NCBI GenBank assembly: GCA_965248355.1
Contig: OZ252098.1
Location: forward strand, 3,776,001 to 3,840,000
Reading direction: 5' to 3'
Length of the DNA: 64,000 bases
Source of the DNA: Candidatus Latescibacterota bacterium
GTDB lineage: Bacteria; Latescibacterota; UBA2968; UBA8231
A program made the position numbers and the translations under genes. The notes beneath the pieces were generated by a model. That model was given only the letters and a program-made list of their open reading frames with translations, ran no database searches and was not told where the DNA came from. Below are positions 22,121-31,067 of this stretch, piece after piece. Positions within the stretch are counted from its first letter, which is position 1. Every line of letters begins with the position of its first letter.

Positions 22121-23394
22121 TCACAGTGAGACGAGAGTCCCCTGGGCGCGCATGGCGGGCACGTGGATGTCCAGGGACTCCCGGCTCAGGGGGTTGCCCG
22201 TCAGTATCAGCCGCTGCAGGGGCAACTGCAGCAGCGGCGACACATCGGAGATCCGGTTGCCGAGGGGTTCGAACGGCTCCCGCCCGATCGCCAGTCGCAC
22301 GGCCTCGACCAGGGCGTCGTCCGCAAACAGACTGGTAGGCAGGCCGGTCTCGAAGGCGGGGTCCAGGCGGCCGATCCAGCCGACGGCCGCGATCGACAGC
22401 GAGCCGTCAGCGAGCGGTCGAGCCTCTCCGCCGCCGGCGTCGATCTCGTGGAGCGCGTACCGTCCGTCGTCGTGGACGGACGAGAACACGAGCCTCTCCC
22501 CGTCGGGCGACCAATGGGGCCCCGTCTCGTTTCCAGCCATTTCCGTGAGGCGGCGGACCTGGCCCGAGGCCAGTTCGAAGACGTACAAGTCCAGGTCTCC
22601 GTCGCGGTCCGAGCGAAGGCGAGTTGCCCGCCGGCGGGTGACCAGTCCGGCGCGTCGTCGTTCGCCTCGTTGTCGGTTAGCGGGGTGACGACGCCCGTGG
22701 CGACGTCGAGCATGTAGAGCTCCGCGTCGCCGTCATGGGAGGAGAATGCGAGCCGGCGGCCGTCAGGCGACCAGGGGTGGGAGGCGCGGCCCACATCGTC
22801 CACGAGCACCCTGTTCGCACCATTGTCCATCGTGTACAGGAACAGGTCGAGGTCTTCCGAGGAACCGGAGGCATAGGCCAGCGAACGGCCGTCCGGCGAG
22901 AACGCAGGCGTCCTGCTGAAGTGGCCGTCCGTGGCCACGTGGATGGCTCCTCGCCGGGGGTGAGGAGGAAGAGCTCGACCCTGGCTCCGTTCCCCTCCAC
23001 ATACAGGAGGCCGTAGGCGAGCCACCGGCCGTCGGGTGACGCGTCCGCCCCGGATGTCAAGCCACTCCGGCCGGTGATGCGAGTCAGGGCGCCATCGGAG
23101 CCAGGGGAGTGGAGGAATAATCTGCTCCCACCTCCCCCCGGCAGGAAGGCCTCCACCAGGACCCTCCAGTCGGCTTGGGGGGAAACGGGCGGCGGCGTGA
23201 ACGTGTCCCCTCCATCGCCGTCGGGGGCCGGCGGACCACGGAGGTACTCCACCTCCACCCCACGGGCTGCCAGTTCCTCGAAGCGGTCCCGGCTTCCGGC
23301 TGACAGGGGATTGCCCGAGAGGCTCAGGACGCGAAGGGACGGGCTTTCGAGGAAGGCGCCGATCTCCTCGATGAGTTCGCCGAACAGGGGTTGT
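22121..23394 (-). pseudogene. Degraded LRR-cap / TolB-like PD40 beta-propeller / LRR protein
   Basis: No start codon. LRVLSLSGNPLS...LAARGVEVE cap, then SPDG repeats split over three frames (shifts near 22950 and 22610), then an LRR remnant GNRISDVSPL...LTGNPLS. Confidence 0.75.
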
Positions 23395-24471
23395 TCAGCC
23401 GTCGCGGCAGACCTCCTCCTCCCAGGGCGCGGGATCGAGGCCCAGACGCCGGGCGCGGTCGCAGATGCGGCTCCAGGTGGTGTCGTCGATGGCGATGCCG
23501 GTCCTGCGGCGCTCCGCCGCGGTGGTGAACTCCGGGGCTCCCGGCAGCTGGATCTCGCCCACCTTCGGGTCGATCCGGCTCGAGGTCACGTGGGCGATCA
23601 GGCCCTCCAGCTCGCGGTCGTAGTCCGCGTCCTCGCAGAAGAAGGCGGGGTCCCACACGTTCAGCATGAGGCCGTTGCTCCTCATCTCCACCTCCCCGGC
23701 GGCGCAGCCCTCGCCAGAGAGCAGGCCGCCGAGGATCTCGACCATCATGCTCAGGCAGTAGCCCTTGTAGGCCACCACCCCGCCCAGGGGCAGGATGGCG
23801 CCCTGGGGCGGCCCGACGAAGGCGGCGGGATCGGTGCTCGGGCGGCCCTCGGCATCGGTGATCCAGCCCTCGGGGACCGATGCGCCGCGGTTGTGGGCGA
23901 GGCGGATCTTGCCTTCGGCCACGACGGAGGTGGTCATGTCCACGAGAATCGGATCGGAGCCGCGCCTCGGGGCGGCGAAGGAGACGGGGTTGGTGGACAG
24001 CTTGCCGTCGATGCCCCCGTAGGGCGGGATCTGCCGGCCGAGGCGTCCGGCGTTGACCCAGGCCATGCCGATCAGGCCCTGGCGGGCGACGGCCAGGGAG
24101 TAGGCCCCGATGCGTCCGAGATGGGAGCAGTTGCGCAGGCTGACGCTGCCGACGCCATGGGTCCGGGCGAGGTCGACCGCCTTGTGGACGGCGTGGCGGC
24201 CGGCGACCTGGCCGAGAGCACCGCCGCCGTCGAGGACGGCCATGGCTCCGCGTTCGCGGACCACCGCCGGGCGGCCGGCGGGGTCGAAGGTGCCGTCGGC
24301 CATCTGGTCGACGTATTCGTAGATGCGGATGGTGCCATGCGAATCGTGGCCGAAGAGGCTCGACTCGACGAGGTGGTCGGCCACGGTGGCGGCATCCTGG
24401 GTGGAGCAACCCGCGGCCTCGAAGAGGGAGCGGGCGATGCGGGCCAGGGAGTCGGGCGGGAAGCGGCGCAT
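23395..24471 (-). CDS. Ldh_2 (type 2 malate/L-lactate dehydrogenase family) oxidoreductase
   Basis: GHDSHG, NCSHLGRIG, LSTNPVSF, DMTTSVVAEGKI, YKGYCL and LPGAPE. ATG at 24471. Confidence 0.9.
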   Translation of the reverse strand: MRRFPPDSLARIARSLFEAAGCSTQDAATVADHLVESSLFGHDSHGTIRIYEYVDQMADGTFDPAGRPAVVRERGAMAVLDGGGALGQVAGRHAVHKAVDLARTHGVGSVSLRNCSHLGRIGAYSLAVARQGLIGMAWVNAGRLGRQIPPYGGIDGKLSTNPVSFAAPRRGSDPILVDMTTSVVAEGKIRLAHNRGASVPEGWITDAEGRPSTDPAAFVGPPQGAILPLGGVVAYKGYCLSMMVEILGGLLSGEGCAAGEVEMRSNGLMLNVWDPAFFCEDADYDRELEGLIAHVTSSRIDPKVGEIQLPGAPEFTTAAERRRTGIAIDDTTWSRICDRARRLGLDPAPWEEEVCRDG

Positions 24472-24475
24472 GGGT

Positions 24476-25294
24476 TCAGGCAGAGGCCTGCAGCCTCTGG
24501 ACCTCGGTGTCGAAGGCGCCGCTTCCGAGATCGACCCCGTACTCCCGGAGTCCGCCGGTGGCCTGCGGGCCGGTGATCCACGGCCGGCGGTCCCGGCCGG
24601 GTTCGACCAGATCGCCGCTGGCGCAGTCGCCGTGGAGGAAGTGGAAGGCCATGCCGGCCCGCTCCTCGTCCGTCGCGTTGTCGCCGGTGCTGTGGGCGAC
24701 CCCGTAACAGAAGAACACGGCGCCGCCGGCCCCGACTTCGACGGCCAGGGCCTCCTCCTCCGGGGGGGAGCAGTGGATGTGGTGGTCGGACCAGGGGTCC
24801 CGTTCGTGGGCATAGCTGTGCCGGTGGCTCCCCGGGATCAGGCGCAGGGTCCCGTTGGCCGCGGTGGCGTCGTGCACGGCGACCCACATGGCCGTCCCCT
24901 TCAGGGGATCGTCGATCTTGAAGTAGGCGTTGTCCTGGTGCCAGTGGGTCCCGGTGCCCACGTGGCTCGGCTTGAGGAACAACTGGTCCAGGATGAGGAG
25001 GAAGGGATCGCCGATCAGCCGGCTCACGGCACCGGCGACCTTCGGCGCCAGGGGCAGGGCGCGGATCAGGTCGCTCTTGTCGTGGAGCGGGATGAGCTGA
25101 AGGTTGGCGCGCGACCGGGACCGGGTCTGCCCGTCGCCCTCGGTGCGCACGTTTCGCAGGAGGCCCTGGCGGCGGAAGCGCGCCACCTCGGCCGCCAGGG
25201 CCCGGACCTCGCGAGCGTCGAAGAAGGAGCTCACCAGGCACCAGCCGTCCCGGCGGAATCGGGCGACGTGATCTTGCGTAAGGAGGTCGGTCAC
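24476..25294 (-). CDS. Phytanoyl-CoA dioxygenase (PhyH) family Fe(II)/2-oxoglutarate oxygenase
   Basis: FRRDGW, THWHQDNAY (HxD), NGTLRLIPGSH, distal His in VAHSTG and Arg in ERAG. Confidence 0.9.
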   Translation of the reverse strand: MTDLLTQDHVARFRRDGWCLVSSFFDAREVRALAAEVARFRRQGLLRNVRTEGDGQTRSRSRANLQLIPLHDKSDLIRALPLAPKVAGAVSRLIGDPFLLILDQLFLKPSHVGTGTHWHQDNAYFKIDDPLKGTAMWVAVHDATAANGTLRLIPGSHRHSYAHERDPWSDHHIHCSPPEEEALAVEVGAGGAVFFCYGVAHSTGDNATDEERAGMAFHFLHGDCASGDLVEPGRDRRPWITGPQATGGLREYGVDLGSGAFDTEVQRLQASA

Positions 25295-25308
25295 GAGGGA
25301 AGCCAGAA

Positions 25309-25337
25309 AGGATAGCGGGACGGGTTCCTGCGGGCAA
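25309..25337 (-). promoter_or_regulatory. Sigma-70-type promoter for phyH-ldh2
   Basis: Minus strand TTGCCC-N17-TATCCT, 14 bp before the GTG start. Confidence 0.5.
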
Positions 25338-25354
25338 GGTCCGCCGCCGCCGTC

Positions 25355-25383
25355 TTGCCGGCGCCGGGACGGTTGAGTACCCT
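25355..25383 (+). promoter_or_regulatory. Sigma-70-type promoter for gap
   Basis: TTGCCG-N17-TACCCT, back to back with the phyH promoter. Confidence 0.4.
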
Positions 25384-25593
25384 ATTTGCGTCGTGCATTG
25401 ACGGCAAACGGAAGATCCGCGGCTCCCGGTCGCACTCCATTCACCGGCGTCCGCCCACGACGCCTCTCCCCGGACGGTCTTCCGACCCGCCAGCGCCATC
25501 CGCTCGACAACAAAAGAGGAAACCGCCACCGAGCCGAGGCCGGAGGGTTGGCGGTTCCCGGCGCAACCGTATTCCTGAGACGAGAAGAGTTCC

Positions 25594-26637
25594 ATGGCAG
25601 AGATCCCGGTCGGCATCAACGGTTTTGGCCGGATCGGCAGGCTCGTCTTCCGCGCCGGCTGGAAGGCCGGCCTCGAGGTGCGCGGCATCAACGACCTGAC
25701 CGATGCCGCCACCCTGGCCCACCTTCTCAGGTACGACTCCACCCACGGCCGCTTCGACGGGGAGGTGACGGCCGACGGCGGCGACTTGGTCGTCGAGGGC
25801 AAGCGGATTCCGGTCTACGGCGAGCGCGATCCGGCGAACCTTCCGTGGGCGAAGGTGGGTGCGGAAATCATCGTCGAGGCGACGGGGTTGTTCACCCAGC
25901 GTTCGGCGGCCTCCGCTCACTTGTCCGCCGGGGCGCGGAAGGTGCTGATCTCGGCGCCGGCCAAGGAAGAGGACCTGACCGTCGTGCTGGGGGTGAACGA
26001 GGGAGCCCTGCGGCCCGGGCACACCATCGTTTCGAATGCGTCGTGCACGACGAACTGCCTGGCGCCCATGGCCAAGGTCCTGCACGAGAGCTTCGGCGTG
26101 GTGCAGGGGATGATGAACACCATCCACTCCTACACCAACGACCAGCGCATCCTCGATCTGCCGCACGAGGACCTGAGGCGGGCTCGCTCGGCGGCGATGA
26201 ACATGATCCCCACGACCACGGGTGCGGCGGCCGCGGTCGGCAAGGTCCTGCCCGATCTGCAAGGCAAGCTCGAGGGTCTGTCGATCCGGGTGCCGACGCC
26301 GGATGGGTCGCTCGTCGACTTCACCGCCGTGCTCTCGGCGGAGGTGACGCGAGAGCAGGTCAACGAGGCTTTCCGGAAGGCCGCCGCCGCCGATCTGAAA
26401 GGCATTCTGGAGTACTCGGAGGAGCCGCTGGTGCTGTCCGACATCATCGGCAACCCCGCCTCTTGTGTATTTGACGCCGGCTCGACGAACGTCGTCGGCG
26501 GTACCCTGGTGAAGGTGCTCGGGTGGTACGACAACGAGTGGGGCTACGCCAACCGTTGCGTGGATCTGATCCCCAGGCTGGCGGCCCTGATCCCGAACGG
26601 AGCCCGTTCACCTGGGCAGTTCGCAAGCGAGGAGTAG
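25594..26637 (+). CDS. gap: Type I glyceraldehyde-3-phosphate dehydrogenase
   Basis: GINGFGRIGR, YDSTHG, SNASCTTNCLAP and WYDNEWGY. Confidence 0.97.
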   Translation: MAEIPVGINGFGRIGRLVFRAGWKAGLEVRGINDLTDAATLAHLLRYDSTHGRFDGEVTADGGDLVVEGKRIPVYGERDPANLPWAKVGAEIIVEATGLFTQRSAASAHLSAGARKVLISAPAKEEDLTVVLGVNEGALRPGHTIVSNASCTTNCLAPMAKVLHESFGVVQGMMNTIHSYTNDQRILDLPHEDLRRARSAAMNMIPTTTGAAAAVGKVLPDLQGKLEGLSIRVPTPDGSLVDFTAVLSAEVTREQVNEAFRKAAAADLKGILEYSEEPLVLSDIIGNPASCVFDAGSTNVVGGTLVKVLGWYDNEWGYANRCVDLIPRLAALIPNGARSPGQFASEE

Positions 26638-26640
26638 GCC

Positions 26641-27195
26641 ATGTTCGAAGACGTCTGGAAGCACTACGACGAGAACGAGCTCACCCATTCGGCGGCCCAT
26701 CACCTGATGTCGGTCCACGAGTTGCGCGAGATGCACGGATACGCCCGTGTCTCCGATATCGCCAAGCACCTGAAGATCACCAAAGGCAGCGTGTCCTCGG
26801 CGATGAAGCACCTCAAGGAGCGAGGCTACATCAAGGAGGACCACAACCGCTTTCTGGAGCTTACCGAGAAGGGGCTGCGCGTCGTCTGGGAAACGGAGGC
26901 CACGCGCCTGGTGGTGAAGAAGTTCCTCTCCGACGCCCTGGCCATGGACGAGGACGACGCCGAGATCGACGCCTGCAAGGTGGAGCACCTGATCAGTTCC
27001 GAGGCCCGGGGGCGCCTGGTGGGGTTCCTGCGGTTCCTGTTCTCCGAGGATCCCATCGCCACGGAGTTCCTCGCCGTCTTCCGCGGCGCCCTCTCCGCGC
27101 ACCACCTGGAGTGCAAGCGGGACGTGGCCAGCTGCCTGCTGTGCGACGAGGTCTGCTTCCTCCAGCCGGAGCCGTCGGTCCTGCGGGGCAACTGA
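26641..27195 (+). CDS. DtxR/MntR-family metal-dependent regulator with Cys-rich tail
   Basis: wHTH ARVSDIAKHLKITKGSVS, LTEKG and DACKVEHLIS; tail CKRDVASCLLCDEVC. Confidence 0.85.
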   Translation: MFEDVWKHYDENELTHSAAHHLMSVHELREMHGYARVSDIAKHLKITKGSVSSAMKHLKERGYIKEDHNRFLELTEKGLRVVWETEATRLVVKKFLSDALAMDEDDAEIDACKVEHLISSEARGRLVGFLRFLFSEDPIATEFLAVFRGALSAHHLECKRDVASCLLCDEVCFLQPEPSVLRGN

Positions 27196-27256
27196 TGCCC
27201 TCCGCCCACCCCCGACGGCGGGCGGTTCCACCCGGCGGTCCCGTCAGCCTTCGCTC

Positions 27257-28228
27257 TTGACTCCTGTCGCGGGGTTCCTGCAGCGGCAGATGCTCCCGGT
27301 GGGCCTGGTGGTGGCCGCCATCTTCGGCCTCGCCTGGCCCGAGCCGGGCCGGGCCATGGGCGGGCTGCCGACCCAGTACGTGGCGGTGAGCGTCATCTTC
27401 GTCTGTTCCGGCCTGTTGCTGCGCACCGGCGAGATCCGCGCCGCTCTCAGCGCCTGGCCGGCCACCGCCTGGGGCTCCCTGTCCATCCTCTTCGTCACCC
27501 CCGCCATCGGCGCCCTGATCGCCTTCCGCACGCCGCTGGAGCCGGCCTACCAGATCGGCCTGGCCCTGTTCGTCTGCATGCCGACCACCCTCTCCTCGGG
27601 CATCGCTCTGACCAGCCAGGCCCGGGGGAACGTGGCCCTGGCCGTGCTGCTCACGGTGACCACGAATCTGGCCGGCGTGTTCACCATCCCCTTCGTGCTC
27701 GTCTACGTTCTCGGTGCCATGGGCCAGGTGGAGCTGTCGGCGACGGACCTGCTCGGCAAGCTGTGCCTCTCGATCCTGCTGCCTTTGGCCGCCGGCCGCG
27801 GGCTGCGCCGTCTCCTGGGATCGTGGGCTGACGCCAACCGGGCGCGCCTGACGGGTCTGAGCAACCTGGCCCTGATCAGCATCCCGTGGATGAAGTTCTC
27901 CGAGTCCTCGGAGCGCCTGGCGGCGGTGGCCCTGGCCGATCTTCTGACGCTCATCCTGGCAGGCCTCGTCATCCACGGCGTCTACCTGGCCCTCAACGAC
28001 GCCGGAACGCGCCTGCTGAGGTTCGACGCGCCGACGAGAAAGGCGGTGGTGCTCATGGCCAGCCAGAAGACCCTGCCCGTGGCTCTCACCGTCCTCGCCT
28101 TCATCCCCGACGAGGCCGTGTCCCCCGAAGTCAAGGGCCTGCTGGTCATCCCCTGCATCACTTCCCACCTCGGCCAGATCTTCGTCGATGCGGTGATCGC
28201 CACCCGGTGGGGCCGCCTGCGGGAGTGA
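27257..28228 (+). CDS. Bile acid:sodium symporter family (SBF-like) transporter
   Basis: IFVCSGLLL, CMPTTLSSG, ASQKTLPVA and HLGQIFVD. Confidence 0.88.
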   Translation: MTPVAGFLQRQMLPVGLVVAAIFGLAWPEPGRAMGGLPTQYVAVSVIFVCSGLLLRTGEIRAALSAWPATAWGSLSILFVTPAIGALIAFRTPLEPAYQIGLALFVCMPTTLSSGIALTSQARGNVALAVLLTVTTNLAGVFTIPFVLVYVLGAMGQVELSATDLLGKLCLSILLPLAAGRGLRRLLGSWADANRARLTGLSNLALISIPWMKFSESSERLAAVALADLLTLILAGLVIHGVYLALNDAGTRLLRFDAPTRKAVVLMASQKTLPVALTVLAFIPDEAVSPEVKGLLVIPCITSHLGQIFVDAVIATRWGRLRE

Positions 28229-28237
28229 CCTTCGGGC

Positions 28238-29068
28238 ATGCGCTTCAGGCGGCTCTCGAGCCGGTTCCCCTATCTCGGCCGGGTCCTGTTCCACGACGAG
28301 GACGAGCACGGTCCCATCGACGTGGTGGAGGAAGAAGACGGGGGGTTGCTCTCGCTGCAGTTCGGGAGCACGGCCCGGCAGAGCACGATGTTCGTGGACC
28401 GCCCCCATGAGCTGACGCTGGAGTACACGCGCTGCCTCATGTCGGCGCTGGTGCTGCGCGAGGCCCCGCCGAGGCGGGCCCTGATGCTGGGCCTGGGAGG
28501 CGGCTCCCTGGTGAAGTTCCTCCTGCGCCATCTCCCCGGGTGCCGGGTCGAGGTGGTGGAGCTGCGCCGGCGGATCGTGGAAGTGGCGCAGCGCTTCTTC
28601 GCCCTGCCCCGGGCGCACGACCGGCTGCATATCCACGTCACCGACGGCCGGCGCTTCCTCCTCGATCACTCCGGGGAGCCCTTCGACCTGGTCCTGCTGG
28701 ACCTGCACACCGGACAGGGCATGGCGCCGGTGGTCCAGGAGGATGACTTCCTCCCCGCCTGCCGCCGGGCCACGGCCGACGACGGCGTGTTCTCCGCGAA
28801 CATGTGGTACGGCTTTGAGAAGGGGCTGGAGCGCCGCGTCCACGGGCTCCTGCAGGCCTCCTTCGAGCGGATCCTCCACCTGCCGGTGCCCGGCCGCAGC
28901 AACTGTGTAGCCCATGGACTGCCAGACGGGCGGGTGCCCCCCACCGAAAGCATGGAGCACCGCGCCCGGGGCTGGCAGGAGGCGGCAGGCCTGCCCCTGC
29001 CAGAGCTGACCCGGCAGCTGATCCGCCACAACGGACTCCCCTCGAGCCGCGAGATGGGGAGAGAATGA
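28238..29068 (+). CDS. Spermidine-synthase-like SAM-dependent transferase
   Basis: RQSTM, LEYTRCLM, LMLGLGGGSL, VVEL and DGRRFL. Confidence 0.85.
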   Translation: MRFRRLSSRFPYLGRVLFHDEDEHGPIDVVEEEDGGLLSLQFGSTARQSTMFVDRPHELTLEYTRCLMSALVLREAPPRRALMLGLGGGSLVKFLLRHLPGCRVEVVELRRRIVEVAQRFFALPRAHDRLHIHVTDGRRFLLDHSGEPFDLVLLDLHTGQGMAPVVQEDDFLPACRRATADDGVFSANMWYGFEKGLERRVHGLLQASFERILHLPVPGRSNCVAHGLPDGRVPPTESMEHRARGWQEAAGLPLPELTRQLIRHNGLPSSREMGRE

Positions 29069-31053
29069 AGTCCGGGAGCGGGAGGATCGAACGCGAACGG
29101 AAAGCAGCCCCCGGCCTGTGGATCCCGCCCCTTCTTCTCCTGCTTGCGGGGCCCGCCCCGGGCCTGCAGGTCGACGGCTTCAGCAGCGAGGCGGTTCAGG
29201 GGGCCGTGTTCGCGGCTGCCGAGGGGGACACCCTGCTCTTTCCGGCGGGAGAGTACGCCTTCACCGGGACGGTCGTGATCGACAGGAGCCTCACCCTCCT
29301 CGGAGCGGCCGGGCTCATGGACGTGGGCCTTGTCGAGCCGGGAGAGCCGAACGACCCGCCGTACTGGGACGGCGCAGCCTCCGTGTGCTTCACGGAAGAC
29401 CCCGACCTCCTGCTGTTCCGGGTGGAGAGCGGCGCCGTGACCTTGGAGAACCTGAAGCTCGTGGGAGCCATCACCCACGAGGCCGGCACCGGAGACGGCA
29501 TCGCCGTCCTGGGGCATGACCGACTCGAGGTCCGCAACTGCGAGATCACCCGCTTTCGCAAGGGTGTCGACTTCATGAACTCCCGCCGGAGCGTGGTGAC
29601 CGGGAGCTACCTGCACGAGAACTACCGCAATGGCTTCGGCTACGGGATCAGCATTACCGGGCCGGTGATGGCCACCGGCGGTTCCGAAGTGTCCATATAC
29701 CGCAACGAATTCACCTTCAATCGGCATTCCATCGCCTCCAACAGCCCGGAGACCCGCTTCACGGTGGAGAACAACTACTTCCACGACAACGACCTGGAGC
29801 AGTGGCAGGCGTGTGTCGATACCCATCCCCAGGGCGGCTACACCATTCGCGCCGTGGTGCGCGACAACATCTTCGAGCGGACCCGGCCCATGGCCTTCAA
29901 GAGCGGCAGCCTGGAGATCACGGGCAACTACTTCGATCCCGGCAGCGGGGACTACTCGGTGGGCGGTTACTCCCGCATGCTGGACTTCGGCGACCCCGCG
30001 CACAACGGGGAGTTCGTCCCCCAGGCCATCCTCCACGACATCTACATCGGCGACAACGTGAACGACACCGAGCCGTGGCGCCGATTGTTGTGGGTGGACG
30101 AATACGACTACGAGGGCGAGACGAAGTTCGTGGCCTACAACCTGTTCGTGGACGGCCGGCTCTTCCGGTTCAACAGCGCTCTGAGTTCCGCGCCTCACCA
30201 CCCCTTTCCAGGGGAGATCCCAAACCCCTTCGTCGGGCATGTGTACGTCACCCTGCCCGACTCGGAGGAGCGCGTCCACCGCATCGAGACCGGCCTCTGG
30301 TACGACGTGCACGCCCTGGCCGTCGACCCCCAGGGATGGGAGGACATCGCCGAGATCGGGGTGCAGATTGCCAGTACCCGCAGCCTCCCCTCCAACCCGG
30401 AGGACCGCATCGATCAAGAGGATTTCTCGGCCGCGGGGCGCTACTTCATCCGGGGCACCGAGGGCACCGTCCACTCGCGGGAGACCGAGGGCTCACCCGA
30501 CTGGAGCGATGTCACCGGAATCGAGGGATCCTACGTCGACGGCCCGGCGAGCAAATGGTCCGGCCGCGGCCGCCACCGTCTTCGTCTCAAGGCACGGTTC
30601 CGGCTGTCGGATCAGGCCGTCGGAGGAAACTGGCGGATCTTCGGCTACGCCCGCGACCAGGACGGCCATCTGCCGGTCCCGCCCTGGCACGAGTTGCTGG
30701 AGGGCTGGCCCCTCGAGGTGGAGGGCGCTGCCCACGGGCCTGCGACGTCGATCGCCGGCCCCGGATCCGGCCACGGGGCGGTGCCGCAGGAGGCCAGGCT
30801 CGACGGGATCTACCCCAATCCCTTCAATCCGGTGGCCACCATCCGCTTCACCCTCTCCGGGCCGCAGCAGGTCACCCTGTCGATCCACGCCCTCAACGGG
30901 CAACTGGCGGAGACTCTGTTCACCGGGCCCAGGAGCGCCGGCAGCCATTCCGTCCGATGGGACGCTTCCGCACGGGCCTCGGGGGTCTACCTGTGCCGGC
31001 TGGAGGGAGGGGGCCAAGTCTCCCAGGTGCGGAAGATGGTCCTGGTCAGGTGA
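29065..31053 (+). CDS. Secreted right-handed beta-helix protein with C-terminal YPNPFN (FlgD-Ig/T9SS-type-A-like) domain
   Basis: Signal peptide, Asn-ladder repeats (ENYRNGFGYGI, NRHSIAS, NNYFHDN) and IYPNPFNP...SGVYLCRL...RKMVLVR. Confidence 0.75.
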   Translation: MKSGSGRIERERKAAPGLWIPPLLLLLAGPAPGLQVDGFSSEAVQGAVFAAAEGDTLLFPAGEYAFTGTVVIDRSLTLLGAAGLMDVGLVEPGEPNDPPYWDGAASVCFTEDPDLLLFRVESGAVTLENLKLVGAITHEAGTGDGIAVLGHDRLEVRNCEITRFRKGVDFMNSRRSVVTGSYLHENYRNGFGYGISITGPVMATGGSEVSIYRNEFTFNRHSIASNSPETRFTVENNYFHDNDLEQWQACVDTHPQGGYTIRAVVRDNIFERTRPMAFKSGSLEITGNYFDPGSGDYSVGGYSRMLDFGDPAHNGEFVPQAILHDIYIGDNVNDTEPWRRLLWVDEYDYEGETKFVAYNLFVDGRLFRFNSALSSAPHHPFPGEIPNPFVGHVYVTLPDSEERVHRIETGLWYDVHALAVDPQGWEDIAEIGVQIASTRSLPSNPEDRIDQEDFSAAGRYFIRGTEGTVHSRETEGSPDWSDVTGIEGSYVDGPASKWSGRGRHRLRLKARFRLSDQAVGGNWRIFGYARDQDGHLPVPPWHELLEGWPLEVEGAAHGPATSIAGPGSGHGAVPQEARLDGIYPNPFNPVATIRFTLSGPQQVTLSIHALNGQLAETLFTGPRSAGSHSVRWDASARASGVYLCRLEGGGQVSQVRKMVLVR

Positions 31054-31067
31054 GCGGCGGGGGCCGC

